DNA of 63,415 nt, counting the filler, from Octopus bimaculoides (taxonomy: Eukaryota): NCBI RefSeq assembly GCF_001194135.2. It is 5 parts of 5 records of this genome, joined end to end, with 100 filler letters (N's around TTAATTAATTAA, not from the genome) between each part and the next. Parts side by side here need not be neighbours in the genome. Positions count along the whole stretch, not along the records: positions 1 to 29,473 come from NC_068986.1; positions 29,574 to 48,683 come from NC_068991.1; 3 more parts are not named here. One strand, 5' to 3'. Positions 25,232-38,270 of the stretch are shown here, piece by piece. The notes beneath the pieces are model-generated. The model did not search any database, was not told the DNA's origin, and worked only from the letters and a program-made list of their open reading frames with translations. The position numbers and the translations under genes were made by a program. Every line of letters starts with the position of its first letter. Position 1 is the first letter of the stretch.

Positions 25232-26367
25232 ATCACTCTCTCTCTCTCTCTCATTCNNNNNNNNNNATGTATATATATATATATATATACACACACATAT
25301 ATATATATATCGACATGCGAAGTTAATGGAAATTAGCATAACGGGAAGAAGTATATACATATATTAAGCCTTCAGTACCTGTTGTATTCATTGCGGAACA
25401 CTGATGAGGTTTTTTGTAGGATTATTTAATGTTTCTACTAGTTATGTATTTAAAAAGGTAATTTATAGCAACGCGTGTATGTTCTACAAAGCATTGATTA
25501 CCATACCTGCTTTCTGTATTTTATTAAGTACATTGATATACGCATATGAGTTTATGTGTGTATATACACATACGCGTTCACGCGCCCCACCCCACATACA
25601 TACGCACGCACACGCACGCACACTTACAAGTTACTCTATCTCTTTCTCTTCCTCTATCATTTTTCCCCCCTCTCGTTCTTCCTCTTTACTACTACGTACC
25701 TCGCTTTACCCCTCTCGTTCTTCCTCTGTTACTTCTACGTATCTCTTTTTTCCCCCTCGTACTTCCTCTCTTTCTCTTTTCCTCTCGTTGCTCACCTATT
25801 CTTCTACTTCCTCCCTTTGTTTCTCCCTCTACCACTCTCTCTCTTCCCCTTACACCGGCATGGTCACATGCTTCCGGTCAATAATCCTTTTCTTCCTTGG
25901 CTATCACCGAGCAAATACGCGAACTACTTCGTCCCTTTCAAGTTCGTGCCTCACAGCGTTCATACACACATNNNNNNNNNNNNNNNNNNNNNNNNNNNNN
26001 NNNNNNNNNNNNNNNNNNNNNNNNNNNNNNNNNNNNNNNNNNNNNNNNNNNNNNNNNNNNNNNNNNNNNNNNNNNNNNNNNNNNNNNNNNNNNNNNNNNN
26101 NNNNNNNNNNNNNNNNNNNNNNAGATTTAATTTGCGGTCCATGGGAAGAGCCGTTTTAATGATGCGTCCTGCCCAGCTCTTCGAAACGCCGGTGTTAAAA
26201 CGGGGGTAGCTGATGAAGTAGAATGTTCTCTATGTGGCTTGTGTGTTTTCTCGTCTACGTTTTGTTTGCAATGTCCTGTACCCAGATATGCACCTATACA
26301 TACAGGTGGATGTCGGTACGCACATACCTGTACGTATATATGCATATACTCATTTACTATTTGCTTT

Positions 26368-26400
<33 letters not shown>

Positions 26401-26564
26401 CCAATTAAAAAATATACTGCTATTATATCCTTTTCTAAGTACGTAAGGACTTATTGAGGAAGGTTTTTTGCTGCTATTTCTAATAGGATTTGGAAATTCC
26501 GCTGTATCATCTCATCAGAGATCGAATTATTTGCGGCGGTGGTGACGATATGTATATACAAGTT

Positions 26565-26727
26565 ATGTAAGTGTGGCTGTGTTTGTAAGAAAGTTGTTTC
26601 GAAACCATGTAATCATGGGTTCAGTCTCACTGCACAGTCCGTCGGGCAAATGTCTTCTCCTATAGCCGCGGGCCGACCAAAGCTTTGAGAGTGGGTTTGG
26701 TAAGAAGAAAATGAAATAAATCCATTG

Positions 26728-26730
<3 letters not shown>
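26565..26730 (+). mobile_element. Family A SINE 5' half
   Basis: Head and CORE segment, followed by a GATA/GACA microsatellite. Confidence 0.7.
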
Positions 26731-26778
<48 letters not shown>

Positions 26779-26812
26779 GCAGACAGGCAGACAGACAGAC
26801 AGACAGACAGAC

Positions 26813-26868
<56 letters not shown>
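26729..26868. repeat. (GATA)n-(GACA)n-(GATA)n compound microsatellite
   Basis: Direct reading. A similar tract lies at 52150-52242. Confidence 0.95.
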
Positions 26869-26869
<1 letters not shown>

Positions 26870-27348
26870 TGTGTATGTATGTATGAATGTAATTTAGTTA
26901 TAAGAATTCCTTAAGAATCAAGGCACATCGACGTAGACGACGCCAGAAAATGGCTGGGTAGCGGCACAAAGATCTCAGTGAAATAGTACATCCTTGTAGA
27001 CTTCAAGTGCCGGCAAGTAACAAATCCAATTTGTAATCCTCGATCTGTTCCACTAGTGCAATCCTTAGTGAGGCGTAGGTATAAAATAGCAAAAGCAAAT
27101 TACGTTTAAAATGTACGAAAGCTATTTCAATAGAATTTTACTTAATCTAGTCGTAAAAAAAGAATACATCATTGTACACGACCTACCATCATTTTAGATA
27201 TTAAACAGGTAAACTTTTGAACAAACGACCTGGACACAGCCAGCTTTGTTGTGCTAGTATAAGTTCTACATTTGAATTTATAGTGGAATTAAAAAGTGTG
27301 GCCTACAACAGGCATTTATCAAACGAAGAAAGAAAATCATAGATATAT

Positions 27349-27945
27349 GGTGTAGGAGTGGCTGTCTGGTAACTAGCTTGCTTACGAACCACATGGTTCC
27401 GGGTTCAGTCCCACTGCGTGGCACTTTGTGCAAGTGTCTTCTACTATAGCCGCGGGCAGACCAAAGCCTTGTCAGTGGATTTGGTAGACGGAAACTGAAA
27501 GAAGCCCGTCGTATATATATATATATATATATATNNNNNNNNNNNNNNNNNNNNNNNNNNNNNNNNNNNNNNNNNNNNNNNNNNNNNNNNNNNNNNNNNN
27601 NNNNNNNNNNNNNNNNNNNNNNNNNNNNNNNNNNNNNNNNNNNNNNNNNNNNNNNNNNNNNNNNNNNNNNNNNNNNNNNNNNNNNNNNNNNNNNNNNNNN
27701 NNNNNNNNNNNNTATACATATGTATATGTGTGTGTGTATCTGTGTTTGTTCCCCACCACCAACATCGCTTGAAACCGATGCTGGTGTGTTTACGTCCCCG
27801 TAACTTAGCGGTTCGGCAAAGGAGACCGATAGAATAAGTTCTAGGCTTACAAAGAATAAGTCTTGAAGTCGATTTGCTCGACTAAAGGCGGTGCTCCAGC
27901 ATGGCCGCAGTCAAATGACTGAAACAAGTAAAAGAGTAAAAGAGT
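27349..27945 (+). mobile_element. Full-length family A SINE with internal microsatellite
   Basis: tRNA-like head (tggctgtctgg...ggttcagtccc), CORE-like segment, (TA)n/gap, then a 3' part ending gactgaaacaagtaaaagagtaaaagag. Confidence 0.85.
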
Positions 27946-28069
27946 AATGGCAATATGTATGTTTCGTGACATGGAATCCTTCAGTTTTGAAGTGGATTCT
28001 TAAGAACCCAAAATGTTAAAGAAGTCTTTGTTTTGTTCTTTTTCAAAAAATAAGCATCAATGACTTTTA

Positions 28070-28470
28070 TCTTTTACTTGCTTCAGTCATTAGACTACAG
28101 CCATGTTGAAGAACTGCCTTGATGAATTTTAGTCAAATGAATCGACCCCAGTACCTTTTTTTTTAATTTTAAGTCTGATTCTTGGCTTTAGCTGTCTTTT
28201 TTGACGAACCGCTACATTGCACGGAAGTAAGCACACCAACACCGGCTGTCAAGCGGTTGGCCGGGGCGGATGGCAAAAACAGACACAAAGACACACATAA
28301 AGAGATATTTATATATAACAGGCTTCTCTAAGTTTCCGTCAGTCAAGTCCACTCTCGAGGTTTTGGACGGCCTTGTGCTATAGTAGAAGACACTTGTCCA
28401 AAGTGCCACTCAGTGGGACGGAACACAGAACAATGTGACTGGGAAGTAAAATTCTCACAGCACAGCCGCG
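28070..28470 (-). mobile_element. Family A SINE
   Basis: Reverse-complement match to 27349-27945. Confidence 0.75.
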
Positions 28471-28924
28471 TCTGCTAGAACTATCAAAATGAACTTCTCC
28501 GGCGTTGAGATTTTCATGGAAGGCGTGAATGAGAATCTTTATTTAAGGGATAAATAGAAATTTGGTGAGAAGTATCGATTATGATATGAAATATTGTTGA
28601 AGAATCAGACATCAGATACTGAAAATAAAAAGAAAGGATAAAGCTCCTATCTCTCATCATATAGAGTGCTAACGCCGGTTCTCCAGTTATTGTAGCGTAT
28701 ATATTCCCCTCCTGGACGGTACGCCGGTCTGTCGCAGGATTACTCATTTTTGCCAGCTGACTGGACGAGAACAATGTAAAATGAAGCGTTTTACTCAAGA
28801 ACATAATGAGACGCCCGGGTCAGGAATCGAAACCATAATCTTACGATCATGAGTGCAACACCCTTACCCACTAAGCCACGCGTCTCCTAGCTGCTGAAGA
28901 TGTTTAAACATTATAATTAGCCGG

Positions 28925-29130
28925 AAGTCGGCGAGCTGGCAGAATCGTTAGCACTCCGGCCAAAGTGCTTAGTCATAGTTCGTCAGTCTTTACGTTCTGA
29001 GTTCAAATTCCGTGGAGATCGATTTCGCCTTTCATACTTTCAGAGTCGATAGAATAACTACCAGTTACGTACTGGGGTCGATGTAATTGACTTACCCCTC
29101 CTCCGAAATTGCCAAAATTTGAAACCAACA
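28925..29130 (+). mobile_element. Family B SINE
   Basis: Matches 5943-6160. Confidence 0.8.
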
Positions 29131-29213
29131 TTACAATTTAGATGTCGTTGTCGTTGTTGTTTATCGTTGGTGTTATTGTGTTGTTGCTGTTGTTATTGTC
29201 ATTCAGCCTAGAT

Positions 29214-29473
29214 CTTAACTGGAACAGCTCAATAACCAAAGACCTCCGAACCAGGACAACGCTGTGTTTTTAGAGACGCCCATAATTGCGTTATCCCTCT
29301 TAACTGGAACAGCTCAATAACCAAAGACCTCCGAACCAGGACAACGCTGTGTTTTTAGAGATGTCCATAATTGCGTTATCCCTCTTAACTGGAACAGCTC
29401 AATCGTCAAAGACCTCCGAATCAGGACAACGCTGTGTTTTTAGAGACGCCCATAATTGCGTTATCCCTCTTAA
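29214..29473 (+). repeat. Tandem repeat, 85-bp unit, at least 3 copies
   Basis: Units start at 29214, 29299, 29384 and 29469. The array runs into the assembly spacer. Confidence 0.92.
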
Positions 29474-29573
29474 NNNNNNNNNNNNNNNNNNNNNNNNNNN
29501 NNNNNNNNNNNNNNNNNTTAATTAATTAANNNNNNNNNNNNNNNNNNNNNNNNNNNNNNNNNNNNNNNNNNNN
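29474..29573. other. Artificial 100-bp assembly spacer (N44-TTAATTAATTAA-N44)
   Basis: Exact geometry 44+12+44, identical at four sites. Confidence 0.95.
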
Positions 29574-30826
29574 GTTTATATTATCATCATCATCATCATC
29601 ATCATTGTTTTAATGTTCTCTGTCCACACCCACATGGGTTGTATGGAGTTAATTGAAGCAGGTTCTTTATAGCCAAATGCTCTTCCTGTTTCTAAACGAA
29701 GTAATATTTTCCCATGCCCAGACACGTCTCCATGGAAAATTGGAAACAAAGGACACTGCTTGCATGATTCATTTACAACTGTCACACAGTCAAGATGAGG
29801 ACACACACACACACACACACACGCACGCACACACACACACACACACACACACAACAGGCCTCTTTCAGCTTCCATCTACCAAATCAACTCACAAGGCTTT
29901 GGGTAGCCCAGGGCTATAGCAGAAAACATTTGCCTAAGGTACCATGTACTAGGACTGAACCCAGAACCATGTAGTTGGAAGAAACAACATAGGGTTGAGA
30001 AGACTGTTCAGTCTTGTCATATAGAGGATATGAAAACCTCTCTAATCTTGGTGCCCCAATAAAGTGCAAACATTGCACTCTGTACTAAAGACATCTAGCC
30101 ATTAACTGCAGTATACTACAGTTTCTGTCTTTACATGTAGCTTTTCATTTAAGATATTTATTTCTATTCAAACCACGTTAGAAATGGTATACACTCACAG
30201 AAATGATGCTAAAAGGTATCCACTCATAGAGATCTCACAAAAACAGGACATACAATCAAGACATAGTCCTCACTTGAATTATCTAGTGGAGATGTATCTT
30301 TAAGTGGGAGTCAGCTTTGACAATAATTCATTCAACCTATGCCAGCATGGAAAGCATTCATAAAAAGATTATGACATTGTTGCCACCTCCAATGTCTGGT
30401 CGTGTGTATGAGTATGTGTATGTATATGTGGACTTGTGGTATGGCATGAAGTTGAGATAATTGAAGGTTAAAGACACGATACTCAGAAGATGTTTTCCAA
30501 TTCAATGTTGTGTTCTGAGAACAGGAGAGACAGTATGTTGACTGATAGGCAAGTTATAGTTTCAGGTGACCTCAGTTACCTGAATATTTCTTGGTGCACA
30601 ACTTAAAGAACTGATCCTTAATTGACTCCATAAATTCCATGCATATACATGCATATGTGTGTGTGTGTGTGTGTGTGTGAGTGTGTGTGTGTGTGTAAAA
30701 TATAATGTGGCACAAGTGAAAAACACACTTCATCAGTTACTGACCAAAAGATCATTGCAATTTCATTATACATACCCTACATAGATGTGTATGTGTGTGT
30801 GTCTATGTATATAATGTATATATGTA

Positions 30827-30859
<33 letters not shown>

Positions 30860-31109
30860 ACATACACACACACATACATGGGAGGCAGTGAGGTACAGCT
30901 ATATAACACATATCAATAAATATAATGGACAGACGTATATAAATGTATACATAACATGTATATTTTCCACTGTACTCTACACAATAGTTTCCCTACTGTT
31001 CCAAATTTGATTCTCTTGCTAAGTAGAAACCGTAAAATTAGTTTGTCCTCAACTCCTAAGTCGTGGGGTAACATTGCAACTTTGATTTTCATTATTAATT
31101 TCCTTACAG

Positions 31110-31254
31110 GGGATGTGAGCAGGGATTTATGAAAGCACTTACCAATACAAAGAATCTCAAAGAATGGCTACAACTTGTTATAGACAACACAACAAAAGAA
31201 ATTAGAAAAAGCAGTGAACCTTCCTGGTCAGAAGAATCACAGGAGGTCACTTAA
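31110..31254 (+). CDS. Candidate exon of an unidentified gene
   Basis: Strong acceptor (attaatttccttacag|G). Open frame GCEQGFMKALTNTKNLKEWLQLVIDNTTKEIRKSSEPSWSEESQEVT-TAA in non-repetitive sequence. Family not recognised. Confidence 0.45.
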
Positions 31255-31514
31255 AATGTTATATTCTTTTACTGTTGTTTTCAGTCATTGGACTGCAGCC
31301 ATTGGACTGCAGCCATGCTGGGATATTACCTTCAAAAGTTAGCTTGTTGTTTATCATATTTCATTGATTTTTATTTATTGAATGACCAAGTAATAATACC
31401 TTTTTGGCGTGACTGACTGAAAGTCTGATGCACTGGTAACATGCACACATACATATATGAACAGACACATACACATATGTATATACATGTGTGTGTGTAC
31501 ATATATCTTTTATC

Positions 31515-31915
31515 TTTCATTAGACTGTGGCCATGCTGGGGCACCACCTTGAAGAATTTTTAATCAAATGAATCAACCACAGTACCTTTTTTTAAAAGCC
31601 TGGTACTTATTCTATCAATCACTTTTGCTGAACCACTAAGTTATGGCAATATAAACAAGCCAACACTGGTTGCCAAGCAGTGGTGGGGGACAAATAAAAA
31701 CACATGCACACAAGCACATATGCAAGCACGTACACACACACATATATACGAACATATGACAGCCTTCTTTCAGTTTCCATTGACCAAATCCACTCACAAG
31801 GTTTTGGTCAGCAATGAGGCTATAGTAAAAGACACTCGCCCAAGATGTCACACAGTAGGATTGAACTCAGAACCATGTGGTTTGGAAGCAAACTTCTTAC
31901 CGCATAGCCACCCCT
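31515..31915 (-). mobile_element. Family A SINE, CpG-decayed
   Basis: Same layout with CG changed to TG/CA. Further fragments lie at 29850-29985, 31265-31330 and 31960-32090. Confidence 0.75.
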
Positions 31916-32571
31916 GCATATGTATACACACACACACACATGTATACACGTGTTTCTGCACAGTTTTCACCAAGCAAGGTATCAGTCAATCTAATGCAAC
32001 AGTGGAAGATACTTATCCAAGGTTTCACACAGTAGACCCAAGCCTGTAACCATATAGTTGTGAAGTATACTTCTTAACCATACAGCTATAATTTCATCAT
32101 ACATTAAATGTCTTTGTTGTTGTTTTTTCTCAACAACTCATCATTCAAATAGTTTTGATCCAATCTTATTTGAAAATTTGGAGAAGACCAAAACTGATAT
32201 TTTAATATAACAGTTGATAACCTTCTTCTACAGATCATCGTTTTCAGATTGTTTGGTATACACTCCACGGGTGTGGGGTTTTTTTTTTGTTTTGCTTTGT
32301 TTGGTTTTGTTTGGTTTTGCTTTGTTTTGTTTTTTGTGAAACATTTTAATTCTGTTCTTTGATCACATGTGGAACAGATTATCAAGTGACAAGATCACCC
32401 ACATCTATATATTCCCCAACAGTAATATGATCATTTCTTTTATTGTATGATGAAGGAAACTAAAATTAAACAAACAAACAAATGAATAAATAAAAGAAAA
32501 ATATCTTCTCAAACTTTGAAGGTTAATTTTTATATTACTCTAAAAAAATTTACTGTTATTAAAAAAATATT

Positions 32572-32870
32572 TTAAGGCAGGGTGCCGGCAGAATCATTAG
32601 AGCATTGGTAGAATGCTTGGCAGTATTTGTTCTAGTTCTTAACCTTCTGAGTTCCAATTTTGTCAGAGTCAACTTTGCTTTTATGTTCATTTTGTATATT
32701 TCTATTTCTTTTTGTGTTTTTATACTTTTGTATACTTCTTTTCTGTTCATCCTTTTGGGGGTTGATAAAATAAATTACCAGTCAAGTCTAGTACTGGGGT
32801 TTATGGCATTGACTTATTCCCATCCCCTCAAACTTGCTGGCCTTCTACATAAATTAGAAACCATTATTTA
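32572..32870 (+). mobile_element. Family B SINE with an internal T-rich insert
   Basis: Head at 32572-32690 and tail at 32745-32870; CpG-decayed. Confidence 0.7.
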
Positions 32871-33205
32871 ACCCTTTTGATACCAAACCCCATGAGACCA
32901 CCAGACCACCCTGGTTCTATGATGCAAACTTATTTTTTTTAAGGTGATGTAAAATAAATCTTCCATTGAAATTTCATGTTAAAATATGTTCCAAACACCA
33001 GAATTATGACAAAGTTAGTTTACTACTTCCTTCATTATTTTAAAAACGAATTAAAACAAAGTCAGGTGTATTTCAAAAGAAATATGGTAATAAAAAGGGT
33101 TTAAAAAATATCTCCAACAGATACCAGGATTAATTCTAGTATTTTAAAAATTCTTTAGCCTCATAAGGAAGATCTGTGTTCATAATTTTTATCAAGTCCT
33201 TTTAG

Positions 33206-33323
33206 ACTGAACTGCTTATCTTATGTCCTTTACATAAGTTTTGAGGTTATCTCTAAGTTTCATGCTGTGAAGCCTATAAACTTTAATGATTCATCACCTG
33301 AACAAGAAGTCACGTTATTGCAG
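33206..33323 (+). CDS. Candidate internal exon of an unidentified gene
   Basis: ccttttag| acceptor and CAG|gtaatt donor. Open frame LNCLSYVLYISFEVISKFHAVKPINFNDSSPEQEVTLLQ. Confidence 0.3.
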
Positions 33324-33804
33324 GTAATTACCTGAAAAGTTCAACTGTTTATACACAGAACACAAAACAATGAGAACTAAATCATGAGATTAAACAATGT
33401 CTAAACTTGGGAACAACAAAATGAAATGCCTGAAGTAGTCTTGGACTTAAGTGACATCAATTGTTAGTCTAAAACTCTAACCACTTAGTCATGTTGTTGC
33501 TACTTCAAATCACTTTGTAAATAAACATGGCATTTCAGATTAATACAAGAAAAGAAAGGGGCAAGTTGTGACATTTATGCTGTTGTTTAGCTCCCAACTC
33601 ATCCCTTTATTGAGTACATTAATGATCAATGACATTCCAGCCATGACCATCCCATATTTTTTAATATTACAAACTACATTGTAAAACATGTTTTTCTCTA
33701 AGACAGTGGAGTGTGATTTTAGGGTGATTTGGATGCTATTTCTAGTAAGTCAAAAGACTGTACAGAGGCTCCTTTGTCTCACAATATTATTATGTTATAA
33801 GCAG

Positions 33805-34172
33805 AGATGTTCCAACTGACAACTGAAATTGAGTCACAGCCTCATCACAATGCAAGACACATCACAGTAACTTGTAAAGTCGGTCACTGTACAAGACCCC
33901 TTTTTAGAAAACAGACAATTTAGTCCAGCCCAGAATTCCTCAGTTTTCTTAATTCCCGTGAGAAGAAAGGTAAATGATTCCAACAAGACCTGATTGTACA
34001 AATTTCAGGGACTAAATTAGAAGTAAAGGTCTCCAAATCCACCAAGGATCTTTCACTTAGTTCTGGTTTCAAGGCATTAAGTAAGATCAGGAATAGATCT
34101 TCACCTGGAGAGGATGCCAGTCTATCAAAGGAAACATTCCCAGATGAGCTGGCTATTATTACCCACAACTAG
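33805..34172 (+). mobile_element. Decayed LINE ORF2 remnant (pre-RT region)
   Basis: One continuous frame with two stops, ending KALSKIRNRSSPGEDASLSKETFPDELAII, like the LINE motif K..L..MK..KSPGPDG. Confidence 0.35.
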
Positions 34173-34479
34173 GTGAACTGAAACATGCAAAAATTAAAAT
34201 GTTGCCTTGAATCATGAAGAGGATTTGAACTATAGACCAATAATTCAATGTTTTATCCACCTGGTCATTTCACATCAAGTCTAATGCTCTGCTCTACTAT
34301 TCATTATTCTTGCATTAAATTTCTTGCGATTAAATACAAGGCTAATTTTTCAAGAAGTGCATAGTCAACTAAATCAACAACATAAATAAATTTCTGGTAT
34401 CTAATTTACCAAAACCTGAAAGATAAAAGGCAAAGAGCCTACTATGTGAAACGAAGATGCAGAGGGAAGGAAGTAAACA

Positions 34480-34935
34480 GTGGGTTCAAATTTTGACACA
34501 AGGCCAGCAACTTTGAGGGGAGAGGGGTTAATCGATAACATTGACCGCAGTACTTGACTGGTGCATTATTTTATCAATCCCAAAGGGATGAAGGGCAAAG
34601 TTGACCTCAGCTGAATTTGAACTAAGAATGCAAGGAGTTGGAAGAAATGCCACTAAGCATCTTGTCAGATGTGCTAACAATTCTGCTAGCTAACTGCCTA
34701 AGGAAGGTAGTAAATAATTCTTTCTCTCGTAGGCATAAGGCATGAAATTTTGGGGGAGGGGGCTAGTTGATTATATCAATCCCAGGGCTTTACTGGTACT
34801 TATTTCACTGATCCTAAAAGGATGGCAAGCAAAATTGACCTCAGCAGCATTTGAATTGAGAGCATAAAGGTAGCCAAAATACTGCCAAACATTTTGTCTA
34901 GCAAGCTACCGATTCTGCCAGCTCATCACCTTGAA
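34480..34935 (-). mobile_element. Two tandem family B SINEs, CpG-decayed
   Basis: Copies at 34480-34700 and 34720-34935. Further decayed copies lie at 35150-35375, 35640-35900, 40525-40745 and 42048-42265 (all minus strand). Confidence 0.75.
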
Positions 34936-35419
34936 AGAAGTACATAATATTTACTTAGGTTCAAAACCACAAAAATTATGAAGGACAGAATAAATTGATT
35001 AAACAGATACTACATTTTGACTAATGCCTTGTTTTATTGACCATAGATGGATAAAAGGCGAAGCCAACCTTAGCAGTGTTTAAACTTAAAATTAAATGAG
35101 CAGAAATAAATATCACAAGGAATGTAGTCTGCCACTCTACCATTTTTGTCAACTTGTTAGCCCAAGTAAATAATTATATCTAACCTAATTTTGGGGAAAG
35201 GAATGGTCAATGATATCATTCAACATTTGACTGGAATTTATTTTATCAACTCTAGAAAAATTTAAGTCAAAGTTGACCTAGGTAGGATGTGAACTCAAAA
35301 TATAAGAAGCAATAACTAAGTACTGCAAAATATTTTATTTGCTCATTTATTATTTCTGCAAATCTACTGCCTGGAAAGAAGTCATTATTAATTTTCAATC
35401 CATCTACTCTGCTTACTAT

Positions 35420-35590
35420 TCCTGGGAGGGTTATGGAGGTAGAGTCCTCAGGTAACCCCTCTGTAGGTTCCTATCAAAAGCAACCAACATTAGACTTTGC
35501 AGCTGGATTCCCAAGCATGTCTAACCGAGACTATGGATATGATCTAATCATGTCGTACTTGGTCTACTTCAAGGTCTCCTGTGATTCTTT
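35420..35590 (-). mobile_element. RTE (Expander-like) 3' end remnant
   Basis: The minus frame GRRP*SRPSTT*LDHIHSLG..LGIQLQSLMLVA resembles GRRPRGRPRTRWLD..LGW..LGI. Confidence 0.4.
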
Positions 35591-36350
35591 CCTGTGACAT
35601 TCTAATTGCATATCTGTAGTACCAAAGCTGTGACAGAGAGTGGATGGTGTAATTTGAACTCAGAACTTTAAAGAGCAAAACAAATATCGATCTCAAATTT
35701 TGGCACAAGGCCAGCAATTTTGGGGGAGGGGGTTAGTAGATTACATTGGCCTCAGTCTTCAGCTGGTACATATCTTATCAACCCCGAAAGGATGAAAGGC
35801 AAAGTCGGCCATGGAAGAATTTGAACTCAGAATGTAGAAACAGATGAAATGTTGCCAAGCATTTTGCCCAGCATGCTAACGATTCTGCCAGTTTGCCATT
35901 CAGAGCAAAAAAATACCGGGAGAAGTTTCACATGTCCCATTATCATCTCTGACATCTTGTTCCTTCTCATAGATGAATTATAAAAGTGAATCATCATCAT
36001 CATTATTGTCGTTTAATGTACGCTTTCCATGCTAGCATGGGTTGGACGATTTGCATGGAAAGCGGATGTTAAATGACGATGATGATGATTTTTCTCATTT
36101 AGACATGTTTAATGAAAAAGAGGAATGTGAAAAGAAATGGTGTGCTATGGTGTATGTGTTGATGTAAGTATAATTGATTATGTGTGTATGGGTGTGTATT
36201 GTATGCATTAATGGGTGTGTGCCTGTGTTAATGGGTGCATATATGAGTTTATTTGTGTTACAAGATAGTGGTAATTGAGTGTGCTAGTGTGTATTTAAAA
36301 TAGAATGCGTGTGTATGTGTGTATGTGTGTGTTGCTTGTGTGTATGTATG

Positions 36351-36398
<48 letters not shown>

Positions 36399-37629
36399 AC
36401 TGCATGTGTGTGTTGTTCTGATGTCATGTATGTGAGGTGATACTGTACATGTTCAAAGTGTATATGTTAATGAGTGTATGTGTGTGTGTGTGTGTGTGAT
36501 AATGTACATGTCAGTGTGTATATGTGTCCTAGCATTCATGTCACTGTATGTATGCATGTTTTGGATGAATATAGATTGGTGAATGCTTGCTTTCATATGG
36601 CATTATATGTGCTAAGCATTGCTCAGCCTTAACTAAGCAGAGCTATGATCAAAACCATTCCAACCATGGCCATTCTACCTTTTATTTTTGCAGTCATTGT
36701 AAATGTCATATAACATTATTTATTCTGGTCTTTGATATCCTTATCAAGATGATAGGCCATAATATAAGGGAAATTTGGCTGCTATTTCTAGCAGACCAAG
36801 GGGTCTTGTAGAGGCTCCCTTGTTGGCTTGTATTTGTGTATAATCCGCATTAGTGTATTGTGTGAGTGTGTGTGTGTCTGTCTGTGTGTGTGTGTGTACG
36901 TGTGTACGTACATGTATCTATATAAACATATACACATATATATAAATGTATAGTTGTACATGTATATATATAAATGTATATTTATACATACATATACATA
37001 TACATGCATATAGATATAAATGTATCATATATTTATTACATACTAATGCATAGAAACACATACATACAATCACATTCATAGCTACATAGATATGTATATG
37101 TGTGTGCGTCAAAGAGCTAAAGAGCACCCAATACATTATGTGCACTAACAGTTTGCAACAATTTTCATCATGTGATCTGGTTCATCTAATGGAAACCAAA
37201 CAGACAATTAATATGTCTTCACCTTTCAAGCCAAGTGTAACTAAGGCTTCACTTACTGTAGATATCCCATCAATTACACACATGCTATGAAACTTCAAAT
37301 TATTGGTTCTCAACCAGGATCCATATGATCCTTGGTGGGGTCCATTTAAGATTTTGTTGTTGAAAATTATATGCAATAAATTTGTTATACTTCTACAATA
37401 CATAAAATATTTTAACAATTTTTTTTAATACAGTTCCTTATGATATCTAATTATGAAAATATAGTAGGATTTTTTAAACATCAAATGGCTATGAGAATCC
37501 ACCCAAGTAAAATAATATTCAAAGGAGATCCTCCAAATAAAGGCCATATAAATCATAAACTGTCAACCTAAAAATACATGCATACATACATACAACACAT
37601 ATATACATGTGTGTGTGTGTGTGTTTGTG

Positions 37630-37670
<41 letters not shown>

Positions 37671-37851
37671 TTATATGTATATATATGTATATATATATTT
37701 GTTTTGCAAGATTTTTGATGTGAAATCGTGTGTTGAAACAGATGTTGTTGTACTTGGGGATGGTCATATTGCCAGTTTAGCCAATAAAAACATACGCACT
37801 GTATATTTGGTGTTAATTTGCTTTAGCTTTATATTACATTAATCCTATTTC

Positions 37852-37895
37852 GGCCAGAGTTCTTTCGTCACACTTCTGTGACCTCATCAGTGGTC
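37852..37895 (-). ncRNA. Minimal type I hammerhead ribozyme motif
   Basis: Minus strand: GACCA CUGAUGA G GUCACA-GAAG-UGUGAC GAA AG-AA-CU C UGGCC. The full conserved core is present, with a 6-bp stem II, a 2-bp stem III, a CUC cleavage triplet and stem I GACCA/UGGCC (one mismatch). Confidence 0.75.
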
Positions 37896-38270
37896 TTTTT
37901 CTTTCTTCTTTCTTATGTGTGTCTCACCTTGCTAACTATCAGCCATTTTGTATTTTGTATTCCTATTGTATGTGTCTACGTATGCGTATCCTTTAACGTG
38001 TCTATGTTTTGTAAGTGCATGTGTGTGTATGGGGAGTGTCTGTATTATCTATATCCTCTGTTAATACATGTTTGTTTGTTTTTGTTTTTATTTATCTATT
38101 TGTTCATGTGTTTATATCTACCTTTTTTTTTTCTTTTTGTATTTAATTAAATTTTGTTATCTTATGTAGTATTTAATTCCCTTTGTTTAACTATGTATTG
38201 TATTATATTTTGTTCATATTGTTATTGGTTTATGGGGAACGTATTGTCATATGTTGTGGTTTGTAGTTTG

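Noticed and set aside
25401-25440. CTGATGAG as another hammerhead
   Set aside because: There is no stem II or GAAA partner downstream.
29518-29529. TTAATTAATTAA as a biological motif (homeodomain, PacI or piggyBac site)
   Set aside because: It is always centred in exactly 44+44 Ns, so it is an assembly linker.
33920-34168. 82-aa minus-strand ORF
   Set aside because: It is the antisense shadow of a plus-strand LINE-like frame.
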